A stretch of 64,000 nucleotides of DNA, from NCBI GenBank assembly GCA_973895155.1, contig OZ316892.1, positions 944,917 to 1,008,916 on the forward strand. Direction: 5' to 3'. Both the position numbers and the translations under genes were made by a program. The first letter of the stretch is position 1, and each line of letters begins with the position of its first letter. The notes under the pieces are model-generated. The model worked only from the letters and a program-made list of their open reading frames with translations, searched no databases and was not told the origin of the DNA. This document shows positions 26,862-38,612 of the stretch, in pieces. Origin of the DNA: Marsupella aquatica. Its lineage: Eukaryota; Plantae; Marchantiophyta.

Positions 26862-27594
26862 AAACTGGACGAGAGAGTGAAACTTTACTGACTGATGCAT
26901 GCCTTGTGTGATGGCATATGCCCGGAGGGTGAGTTGTGTTTTACGTACTGCTGGACTGGGAATGAGAACTATTTTGCCACATTTGGTCGCTTCTGGTTGT
27001 TGGCGTATTGGTTTCTGCTACTACTATTGACTGCAGTTGCAATAGATTTGCAATTGGGACGTCTTTGGATCATCTGGAACCAAATTCATACTGTGCTAGC
27101 TGAGCATTCTTGTATCGGAAGAGTTGAGGGATTCGTAAATGCTCGGAAATTGATGCTAGATGATGAACGAGTGGCCCGTCTGCATAGAGCTCCAGTAGTT
27201 GGAGCAGTAAGAGCCAAAAAGTTCAAACATGCCAGCAGAAGTCTTAGAACATTGGAACAAGCTGTCCACTACAATCCGTACACAAGCTTAGTTCGTTCTG
27301 TGGAAATTTTCCACAGCATGGGCCTCCTAGGCTAAGGATTTCAGAGATGGGAAGCAGACTAAAGAGGCATGGGAACTAGCTTCTTATGTTTTACAGTAGA
27401 AGATCATTTTGTGTGTATTAATTGCACCGAGAGAAATTGAATGGTGAGAGACAGAGACAGAAACAGAACAAATGCAGATGACTAAAGGGGATTATGGTAT
27501 CCTCGAATTGCAGATAACAACGACGACTGCGTGAGGGAAGCGAATGGGAGGAGGATAGGAGAAGAACGAGAACAAGTGGAGTGAAGTTTGAGTC

Positions 27595-30500
27595 ATGGAG
27601 CTCGCAGCTGGAGAAGGTGTGGTTGACCTGGGAGGACGTGATTCACCTGTAGTAGCAGAACTCGATCAAGTTGACGAGTCCGTGGCGAAGCACAATCGGA
27701 ATCCCCGGTGGCTGCAGGAAGAGACCCTAGTTCTGGTCGAAGCAAAGAGGCGACAAGCGGAAGAGCTCGTGGTGTCCATGCCCCGGTCTAGAAACCTCAC
27801 TGCGGACGAGAGGTGGGAGGCAATTGCAGAGTATTGCAATGCAAACAACTGTGATAGAAATGGCTACCAATGCAGGAAACGCTGGTTCGCGCTCTCTGGC
27901 GACTACAACAAGGTCAGGGAATGGCAGAGATGCAATTCTGAATCGTACTGGAGCATGAAGACCGATCGGCGTCGTGAGAATCGGCTGCCAGGAACTTTTG
28001 ACCAACTGGTCTTCTCGACAATGCATATGTGGATGAAGAAAGACTCCGACGGTAGTTTTGACAGCCCTGCGAGCCGACCAGACGAAGGACTTTCGTCGGA
28101 AATTGAACAGGATGCTGAGGGACAAGACCTCCCGGACAACACTCGGGGAGAAGGGACTTCAATTCCCCGATCTGGTAAATGAATCTCTCATTCTCCCTCT
28201 GCTCTTCAACTCTTCTGTTGTGGTTTGCCTAACGCTTCTGGTCTTACAAGACGAGCTTCGTCTTAAGGCAGCGTTCTAACTTTTCTGGGCGCAAACTATG
28301 TGCTCTTTCCCCGCTTAGACCAACCGCTCTCCATTCTGTCCTTTGCTATGCAATCATTCATTCCTCTAGTCCTACGGGTCTTCCGATTCGGCTGGTGAAT
28401 TTTTCCGGCTAACAAATGAGCAGTTTTCTCAGTGGTCAGTTTCCATGAGCATTGGGTCGTTTCCCTCTCGAGATCTATCCTATATCGTTTGGAGTTCCAG
28501 AGGGCACTCCATCACTTCTCGGACATTCCTTTACTGCAGAGAACTTCACTCTCTCGGTCACATCGTGCACGCTACTGGTCACTGAACTAGTGTAAGTTAA
28601 GAATAAATTCCCCCCACCTTCCATGCCCTACAATCGGTTCTTGGTTATAGTGAGCTTATGCCACAGCTGAAGCGGCTTATCGTTCAGGGGAAAGTCCTTT
28701 TTTGCATCTCTCTTTCCTTATGTTCGCGTTCTTTTGGACCTTTCTTCTACTCGCCTCACGTTGGTTTCTGCTCTCTGATTCTATGTTTGTAATCCAGTGG
28801 AGATATTAGTAGATTTATTCCTGTAGAGCACTAGAAAAATCAATTGTAACTAGATCTTTTTGAATCAATTCTTCTTCTGAAAACTCATTGAACAAGGAAG
28901 GATTGGTGTAGAAATTTGTTAATTAATGTACTAGCCCGGTTATCCAACCTTCTCTTTCTTATTCGTTGGCGGTTCTGAACCGTCGTGTGGTTCTACCTAC
29001 TCCGGTCCTTGCAGTTTTGAAAATCATCATTTCCGAAAGAAAGTATAAGAACCACCTCCTGTTTGACTCATCGGCTTAGAATCCACCTCTATGTGTGCTT
29101 TAGTTGGGCATGTAAAGGTGAACTGCTATTCCACGGAGCTGGACATCATTGTCTCGGTGCCTCGTTTTGGTATCTCTCCCTTCGCACTTTGGATTAGAGT
29201 CAGTACGAGACATTGCAGTCTAAGCTCCATTTGATTATATCTGTTCCTGTTAAGGCCCCCTATTCAGGCGAGTGCATATATTTCATATTGGAGCTGCAGA
29301 ACTCTTGTGCTGGAGTAGCCATAGTTTCACCATCTTTGATATCCAGCCCTGCTTTAAACTACATTTCCTACACCTCTGCTCATGATTACAACATGGCTTG
29401 TATTGCAGATCAAGCAGGCGACTTAGGAGACAAGCGATCCCGTAATCCTCGCTGGTCCCTGCATGAGTCACTCATTCTTTTGGCTGCCAAAAAAAAGCAA
29501 GAAGATGACTTCGGTGTGGTTCCCAAAGCCATAGTGCGCACAAAAAGTGCGGATGAGCGCTGGGAAAATATATCTGCGTACTGTAGGACTCAGGGCTGTG
29601 ATAGAAATGCCTACCAGTGCCGCAAACGTTGGAGTGCCTTGTTAGGTGACTTCAAGCGGATAAGAGATTGGCAGAAGATAAGCCGTGAGACCTATTGGCT
29701 CATGAAGAATGAAAAGCGAAAGGAGAACAAGCTTCCTGCGATCTTTGATCAGGAGGTGTTTACTAACATGGAGACGTGGGTTGGGAAACGATGTGGAAGG
29801 AAGTCGGGCACAGGACCCGATGGACTCGTAGTTTGTTCACCGCCTGCTAATGGAAGAGTACTTTCTGATGTGGACCATGTCCAGGATGGACATCTAGAGC
29901 CAGAGTCGCCCATGGGCGGTTGTCAAGCAAACACAATCTTACCACCTGAATTTGGTAAGTTCTCTGCTCTTGAGATCAGTCCTAGGTTGCCTCCTAACTA
30001 CCACGGTGGGAAGCTCCATGGATATTTGACCGATGATTATGTATACGATATCCTTTGACTTGTAAGACCCGCAAGAATCGTGGACCTGACTCATCGTGAG
30101 TACACCGACTGAAATTTACCTGTCATGTCATTCTAATCTAGAGAACTTCATGCTTAAACATGTCTAAGAGGTGCTACACTGGTAAACATCGTTGCAAAGA
30201 GGAATTCTTCAAGAAACATGTTTTTTTAGGCGTACTTTTTCGGAGAGCTTGTGAAAATTTGAGAGGTGTGAATTCAATATTGTTACGATCATATCAGCGT
30301 TTGTCACTGGCTTATTCGAGTCTCCCTTTGTTCTCTCCCAACCATCCGTCTTATTTCCGTCATCGAACACTAAAGATTGGGAATTGTACACCAAAAAGAA
30401 GATCAGAATTTAGTGCCCGGTCAGTTTGAGCAATGAATTTGTGGCGTCATATCTCTTTGACATCTGTCTGCTGTCTGCTGTCTGTTTTCCTGCCTCCTTG

Positions 30501-31166
30501 TTCATCTTTCGCATTCTACTGGGAGAGGTAGCCAAAGTTGGTATGCATCGTTGTTGCTGTATGTGGTGGAGCAGTAGCATCTCAAGTCCACAACCAAGGC
30601 AATGTTGCGAGTCTTATGATGGTCTCCAAATTCCGGTAGCAGAGTCTCCTCAAGTGAAAGATTCTGGAAGATGGTTTGGAAACACCTACAGGATGGATAA
30701 TCAAAGACACACCAAAGCAAACTTGGATGTTGTAGTTGTGAATTGAAGGATGTGCAGTTCACTGTCTATTACTGAATAGGCAAAAATGTCCGTATTCCAG
30801 AACTCTCTAGATAATATGGACTGTGTTTGTTTTTCAGGCACAAATTTACGTGAAGAAATGCCGAGTGACTCGACTGCTCGCAAGAAGAGGAAGCGTGCTG
30901 TGAATGGAGACACTACCAGTGATTACAAGGGACAACAGCTTGCTATTATGTTCAAGAGTAGCGTCAAGGCTCTGCAGGCAGTAATGGCTGAAAATACCCA
31001 AATTCAGATTCGAGCACACCAGAAAATCATCCAGGCCCAGATTGAGGCACATAATCTCAATTGTGAACTGGATCGAGCTCAAAGGAATGAGCAGGGAGAG
31101 AGTATGGTTAGAGTTCTAGGGAAATTGGTCGAGGCCGTGGGTAAAATCGCGGAAAAACTCGTATGA
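27595..31166 (+). CDS. Trihelix transcription factor, SH4/ASR3-like, with two tandem trihelix (Myb/SANT-like) domains, about 484 aa
   Basis: Exons 27595-28174, 29409-29954 and 30838-31166 join in phase 1. Exons 1 and 2 each encode RNPRW...E.L.L..AK...ADERWE.I..YC....CDRN.YQCRKRW.AL.GD......WQ....E.YW.MK...R.EN.LP..FDQ.VF..M..W. The C-terminus AQIEAHNLNCELDRAQRNEQGESMVRVLGKLVEAVGKIAEKL is the ASR3-type coiled coil. An in-frame TGA lies just upstream of ATG 27595. Confidence 0.88.
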
Positions 31167-32466
31167 GAGTTGTTTGCATCGAAAGAAAGTATCCCGAGGT
31201 GATAAGAGTTGCAATGTCAGCTTTCAGTCCAGCAGGACAATAGTAATATAGACTATTGACGTCTGTGTCGTCAATACCTATTGAAAGATATGGCTACCCA
31301 AACCAACGATGAGAGGGAGCTCTGATCGTGGGAAAGGTTCGAATTTTATGAGGGCTGCCCAGTCTGAGCAGTCTTGAGTCTCTCCGTAGAGACCTGACTC
31401 GTATAGAAGTGTATACTTGTTTCTGGCTACGGAATGATACCAGAAATAAGTTGACCTGTAAAATATGTAGATTGATATAAAGTACCCGAGCTGTTCTTGG
31501 ATTTGTTAAAATTGTTCTTCCAAGAGATAGACGACTGCAGCATTATGAAGGGATTTGGGAAATTGTTTCAGTTGCAGACTTTTAATAGCTTTCTAACCTT
31601 ATTTTCTGTTTCTGCCATTAGAGGTGAAGGTGGTCAGTTTACCTGATTCTTTTGATAGTACTTCCGGTTTTAAATGGTATGAGTGTGGTCTGACTGATGT
31701 TAACTAATTTACTACGGATTGTCCCAACTCTGTAACTTCCCTCAAATGCGTGGTTGTGCACACTGTCCGAAAGTATCCTTCCGGCTATTGCAAGGAAGTC
31801 AACGACATGAACACTGGCATAAGCTTGATCAACAAATAGGTGTGCAGATGTCTTCTGTAGTGAAGGCCCTGACCCAGAGTGGAAACTTCGTAAAGACAGG
31901 ATTAGTCGCTCCCGACCATATTTCAAAAGATGTTCTCTCAAACTAAGAGAACAAATTTTGAGAAACGTCCAATCAAGCGCAGATTGACGGTGATATAATT
32001 GAATTGTGTGCAGATGGGGAGCAGGTATAAGATCACCGAGGGTGTTTGTAGTATACACTTGCCTTCATCAATTTAAGCTTTCATAGACTGGTTTATCTTC
32101 ATTCTGATATGTGACAGAAGCAGTGGGGCAAGGGGCATTCAAGTAATGTTGCAACATGAAAGTCATTTTAAGTCATCGTTCTCGGCATGACCGAATCCAT
32201 CAGCGTCTTTTACTTCTTCATTGCATCAGATGACAGAATCATCTAGTACACTGATGTGGTCGATGAACTACCCTATTTTTTCATCGTTATGATAGACGAC
32301 AGGAGCATTGAATCTCCTAGGGGAATTCAGCTAACGCTGTCCAGAAGGTATACAATAGGACAGATCACGATCTTTCTGAACTCTAGTAGGTGACAGCAGC
32401 ACCAATCAGGTCCGCAATGGAGAATTCAAGTCAGGGGACAGAAGATACGGCAATCCATTCTGCTGC

Positions 32467-32907
32467 TCATAGAATGATTCCAGGAACAAGGCACAGAGTA
32501 ATTCCCAAGGCAATCATGGCTACGCCCACCATAGCTTTGCAGACGTCGATTTGCTCTCCGAGCGCCGCACCCGCCACTGCCGTGACAGCAAAAGTGGTGG
32601 CGTTGGTGACAGGAACGGCAACGTTAAGCGGACTGTCTCCGAGCGCACGAATGAACAAAACTGATGCCGAGAGATTGATCAGGAACGGGATCGAGTACTC
32701 CCAAACGGAGAGCAGATAAATCCACTCCGTCACGAAGCTTAAGAGCCAGCCAGTCGCCGCAGACGAACTCCTCCTGCTTGGGGAAGATGAGCTCTCTTTC
32801 GCTTTACGGTCTCTCACTCTCTGTTCAGCTATCTGGGCTCCTCTTTTGATGAGCGCGTTGGTGCTCCCCCAGACGCATCCTATCACCAGAAGCCCCACCA
32901 TCACCAT
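32467..32907 (-). CDS. TMEM234: Transmembrane protein 234 homolog (EamA/DMT-like), single exon, 146 aa
   Basis: Motifs LLVIGCVWGSTNALIKRG, YSIPFLINLSASVLF and LNVAVPVTNATTFAVTAVAG, with multiple hydrophobic helices. Confidence 0.9.
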   Translation of the reverse strand: MVMVGLLVIGCVWGSTNALIKRGAQIAEQRVRDRKAKESSSSPSRRSSSAATGWLLSFVTEWIYLLSVWEYSIPFLINLSASVLFIRALGDSPLNVAVPVTNATTFAVTAVAGAALGEQIDVCKAMVGVAMIALGITLCLVPGIIL

Positions 32908-34018
32908 GTTTTCCTCGATTTAGATGGCCAGTCTGCTCCCTGTTGCCGCCGATTTAACCGCTGGAACGAACGCAGATACGTCTAGTCCAGATCACTCATT
33001 TGTTGACTGCAAAAGCCAGGCAGAGCAAAGAGGATGAATGATTGGATAAACGAATAAATTGTATCCTCTAGCTGCTAATTACTTATTTGTCATTGCCAGA
33101 ATGAAGGAATGAATGCATAACTATTTTAAGGTAAGCCTCTTGTAGTAGCACCGAAGGGGACTCAAGTTCCTTTGCTCGTAGTTGAGCCCTTGAATGTCTG
33201 AGTCACAGATCTACCTTCAGGGGTATTTAACTTCCCATCCCTTGCTTGTTTTGAGTACTTGGGTGTGGGGAGCCACATATTTGTCTTTGAGAATTTCCCG
33301 TTGCTTCTAGTTGAGTTTGCCGAACTTTGTGAAAAGATTTGTCTTGCTAGGACATTGAGAACTAAACGTGCATTCTGTCTCCGAGGAAGGACATTTAGGG
33401 CAAGGCTCCCTGAACGACACTGAGCGCTGTAATAGACAAATAGGAATCGAAGCAAACGAGGGCACAAGCGCGGCAGATTGGGGGAAGGCTTTCACCCAAG
33501 CTGCCATTGGCTCGGTAGTAGCACATTCAGTATTCATGCGTAGGACCTAGTTTGACAAAGAGTGAAGCAGCTTCATTTGGACGTGATTCCCGGTGAAAAG
33601 GATTAGGCGAATGAGCGACTAAATGAACAATTGAATGGTTTTGAAGACCAAGTCTCATAAATATCGCTGCCTCCGTTTTAGGTGTATGGCCTGCCATCCC
33701 TGTTCTTCAATGTCTGTACTTCAATTATTTGTGCAGTGAAGTTTATTGATTCCTTAAAAGGCTCGGAAGGGACAGAAGGTGCATTCTCGCTAGACCCAAC
33801 GAGACAAAGTGGGACTCATCAGACGGGCAGAACACAAAATCCCTACAGTACTGGTGGGAAATCTCACCTCTATGGCCGGCACAGCCCGGCCCGTTCTAGC
33901 ACTTCCTTCACTCGTGTCACCCTATCTGTCGCGTTTGTCCTCCCGCGTTTCTTGTCAGCCGAGCTTCCGTTTCAGCAGCAACTTGATCCTCGTGCAATGC
34001 AATAGAGTGGTACCGGCG

Positions 34019-36426
34019 ATGATGGCCTTCCGTTTGGCCAAGAGCTGCCCAATTTATTCACAACTGGTTGGAGCTGCTGCTGCTGCCCAGTTATTCGGTG
34101 TCAACACAGGCTCGGGTCTTGGAAGGGCTGCCCTCTGCAGTGCCTGTGGACCAGTTCAGAGACCCTGGACCTGTCGAAATCTTCCTCAACTCACTTCGTC
34201 GAGCTCTCGTTCGGTTTGGACTGCTGTGCGATCTGGAACAGGGGTTGATACGGCAGATGGGCCTTTTTCTCCTAGCTCCCGACTGATTGAATCCCCAGAG
34301 AAATCTGCGGTCGGAGGAGAGGGCGAAGCGGTCTCCCTAATTCCATCGTCTGGCAGGAAGAGCAAGAGAATATGCTACTACCACAGCCAGGGACTCTGCA
34401 CCATGGTACGCCATATCCTCTTTTTCAAATCCTTTCCTTTTGGCAAAACATCGTCATGCAAAGGGCTGATGTCCCGTTAAGTCTGTGCATTTGAAGTCCC
34501 AACCCTTGTTTCGCCTTCATTTCATACAAATTATTGGCTGCAATGGGGGTGAACACCCTGTTCGCATGGCTTAGAGGTGAAAATCTGCCTGATGTGGTTG
34601 TTTGGTCTGCTTTTCAGATGGAGGATCCTGTGCATATTGCGAAATTAGCTCACGAGTTTCAGGACATTTCGGTTAGGGAACAGGATTTAAAGAAAGTGAA
34701 GGCACAGCCCTTTGATTACTTTCTGGTTCTTGACCTGGAGGGAATGGTGGAGATTCTGGAGTTTCCGGTCGTGATGGTCGATGCCAAGACCTTGCAAGTT
34801 GTCGATCATTTCCATCGGTACGAGTCGTTTCGAATTCTGCACTCTTAAGACAATTTCTCAATGAGGAAATGTCTGCACCAGGATTTTGAAATGCCAGTTG
34901 TTCCGTTTGCTATCACCATCTAGACGTAGTTTATCTTTGTCTAGTAGAATGTGCTTCCACTCCATAACTCAGAAGTGTAGGGATTGCTTAGTTGTTTTTG
35001 AGTGAAACAGTTGAAAGAAAGACCTCTGGTCACCTCTTCCTCTCACATTAACAGTTCTGATCTCCCTACGCTTTTTAGCATTGAAAATCAGATTCCATGT
35101 ACAGCGTTGTCATTACGATCAGATAAGAAAAAGTGGTCTGTTACTCCCGAGTAATTTTGTGTACTGTTTCTATGGAAGGTTTGTGAGACCTGCAAAGATG
35201 AAGGAGGATTGGGTTTCCGACTACATTCGTAATAAGTACGGTCGGTGGGGCCTGGATAGGTGAAATTCCTTAACTCTTGTTTTAGGGCCAGAAAGTGGGC
35301 CACACTTGTTGGTCATTCTCCAGTTTCATCATTATCGTGCAAAAGCAATGAAGCATATGTTTCCTTCAAATAGTTGGATTTCGTTGTAGTTGATCCCTTG
35401 CACGTCAGACAGCGACTCGAATAAAACTACTACATCCTGTTTGGAATTATCATTTGATACTGCATGTAGTGCCTGATGTTTGATGATGCTCAGTAACGTT
35501 AATCAAATAGAAAACTTGGGCGAAATCTAGCAATTCCAAAATTTGTCCCTTTCTTCAGAACAGACAAGCTTTCAGATCAATTATGCAGACTGCTTTCAAC
35601 AGTCTTGACTGTTCTTAGTGCACAGGGTTTGGCATGATACAGCAATTCCTTTTACAGATGTGCTTCCAGCGTTTGAAACGTGGTTGGAAAATCACGGTCT
35701 CTGGGAGTCCACAAGTAATGCTGAAAAGCTGAAAACGGCAGCATTCGTCACATGGTTTTGGCTCAACCTGTCCCTTCTTGCTATTTTAAAAAATCTCTCT
35801 TGTAAATAAGCACGTTCCTCACCTATATTTGTGTACTCCAGTCTCACGCTTGCCTTACATTCACGTAATTAGTATGGTGAAACTGTCCTGCTTAACGGAG
35901 TTTTGTTGCCTCTCTTATGGCAGTGGTAACTGGGACATCAAGACTAAGATTCCAGAGCAGTGCATTACCTCTGAGATAGACATGCCTGCCTATTTTAATG
36001 AATGGATCAATGTGAAAGACATCTACTTCAACTTCTACAAATTTAGGGTAGTTATCGCTAACCATGCATGGCCTCATAGATTCGTGCTTCTTTGGAACTG
36101 AAATTATAGCAAATTGGTTTGATGTTGGACTTATAGGTTAGCACTGTTGCTTAGAAGGAAATTCTTGATAGGAACAGTCGCAATGTACTTCGCTAACGGT
36201 GAGCCTGTGGGCTATTTCATTGTAGGCAAGTGGGATGATGAAGATGATTAAAGGCTTGAAGATGCCTTTACTAGGTACCCATCATGTAGGTCTGGATGAC
36301 GCTCTCAACATTGCTCGAATTCTACAACGTATGCTAGCCCATGGTGCTCTGATTCAACTCACTGCCAAACGGAAGGCAGGTGATCCCAAGGCTGTGAAGT
36401 TCACTTTCAAATTTAGAATTAAGTGA
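34019..36426 (+). CDS. ERL1: ERI-1-like DEDDh 3'-5' exonuclease (At3g15140/ERL1-like) with a transit-peptide-like N-terminus; alternative in-frame ATG at 33872
   Basis: Exons 34019-34405, 34618-34817, 35179-35259, 35626-35754, 35924-36047, 36226-36426. Motifs: ICYYHSQGLCTMMEDPVH, FLVLDLEGMVEILEFP, VWHDTAIPF, FVTCGNWDIKTKIPEQC, HHVGLDDALNI, terminal FKFRIK. Confidence 0.92.
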
Positions 36427-38612
36427 AAAGTTTTGTTTGAGCAGAAAACTTTCAGCAGATTCCCTCACTTCAAGCTTCGTTGCGGGCATAGTAAAGCCAT
36501 ATGAGACAGCCTGGATGGCAGAGGTAGTTGTAATCCAGACCAGATTTGGTGGAGTACCTGTGTTTAATGGTCATACTGAGAAGTAGACGCATTGGTGACT
36601 CGAATCACAGTGCAACTCGATCACCTCAATTTTCACTTGATATGGATTGCAGAGGGATCTAGGGCACTTAGGCTGTAAAGTATTCAATGCATTGGGTGAG
36701 AGTAGTGCATTGCCAAGCAGAGAAGTGGTGGGTTTGCTAGGAGATAGTTTGCTAGGGACGAGACCGGTGAGGGGAAAATATTGGCGAGTACTATATTGAC
36801 AACAAAGATTTCCATGGTCGCCTCCAGTTTTGTATTGCTAGGTGGACATTATTCCTGATTAAACCGTCATTGTCCCCGGCTAAAGTGCATTCAATTTTTC
36901 TCACTATCTCAACTTGCGACGGAAGAGATTACAACACAACACCTACTCCTGAGTGAGTACCAAGCTAAGGCATTAGTAGTGCGTCTTTTAAACTAAAAAA
37001 ACTGGCACCTCACGGGAGGCCCATAAGGCAGTCAGGTGCACTGCAACAGGGTACAAATGGGCAATTCTTTTTTGGGTATAAAAAAATGAGTGATCTCACT
37101 ACACATTGAAAGCTAGTGTGTTTACCAATCAATGCCTTTTAGGGTCCTGGGTGTGGTTGGTCGGTCCTCACAATTGGTGGCCGACCAGTCATGATTGTTG
37201 TCCCACCTTTTATGGTCTCGGGTGTGATTGGTCAACCCTCACAATCAATGGCCGACCAATCATGATTGTTGTCCCAAACCACATCACCCCCAAGTGCAGT
37301 CAAAGCAGAAAATGAACATATCTGAGACAGCCTAGTGATTACTCACAAACAGCACTAGGATCTATAGGATGGAGAACAACACAATCCTACTCCTGAGTTA
37401 CAACCATTGAAAGCTAAGGCAATGGTAATACAGCTCAATGATACAAGGGACGCAAGAGGAGATCCCTTGACCTCTTCAATGTTGTTAGAGCTAATGCAAT
37501 GGTGACAACCGCCTCCAAGCAGATTCTGTAGTGAGTACCACGATAATTTTTTGGCTGTACATTCAATCCCATAACGTAAAGGAGTGTTATGTCAACCAGG
37601 ATTTGTATAATATCCACTAGAACCACTCGGTAGAAGAGAGTTTGAATTCCATGGATTCTTGCTACTCACCCGAAATTATTAGAAGCATCACACATGCTTA
37701 TCATAAAAGCGATTGGTGGATTTAACAGCACACCACTTCCCATTGTATCCTACGAGCCCGTCAGTTCGTAAGGGAGACGATGCCAGAGAGCCTTCGTCGA
37801 AGTCGACAGTTAGACTTCATGCAATACACGAGTCCAGATGAATCAACACATTGTGAAAAGGGAAAACACACAAAAGTAAGGAAAAGTGCAAAAGGCAATA
37901 GGTGCCAAGGTCAAGATCTCTGAAAGAGCGTCAAGATCATGGACACATTCATTGTGTTCCGACTTCAATTCTTAAACAATGCATCCTGGATCAAGGAATG
38001 AGTCAATATAAATTATATATAACAAATAGAGCACGTGAAGGAACCGGTGTTATGAGGACAAGCATAGGAAATTTCTATCTTCGAAAACAGCACCTACAGA
38101 AACCAAGCTTAATAGAAATATAAGAACACGTGCAGGTAAACGTCGAAGATAATTCATAAACTTCAAGTACACAAGTTCAAAACGTGACCAACGACATTCC
38201 CTTCGGAGGAGCCAAAGTGGGATGAGTCCACACCGGACCCACCAGCTCGCTGAGGCTGTCACAACCAAAACTGACGCAGAAAATATCTAAACAAGTCCTT
38301 AAACAGAGTGAGCATAATTTACTTGTTCTAAAGGAAATCAACAAAAACCCCTGGCTTACTGACAGTGCCAATCCAAGCCATTGAAGTGCACACTATCAGA
38401 TTCTTCTGATATGCGCAACATCTTCTCATCTACTTACAAATCTATTCTGCAGTGTCAAGGGCTCTCTAGCTCGACGGTAAATAGTTGCATCAATAAGCTG
38501 GGGATCTGTCTTATATAATCACGAGCCTCCCTGTGACTGAAGGGTTCACAAGGGCCGACCGTGGGATTCTCGCTAAGGTACCAGATGCCGTTGGTCCCAC
38601 TAGGAGATTGGC

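Noticed and set aside
31639-32058. 139-aa minus-strand ORF between the trihelix gene and TMEM234
   Set aside because: Non-ATG start and no motif; it lies in the convergent 3' UTR zone.
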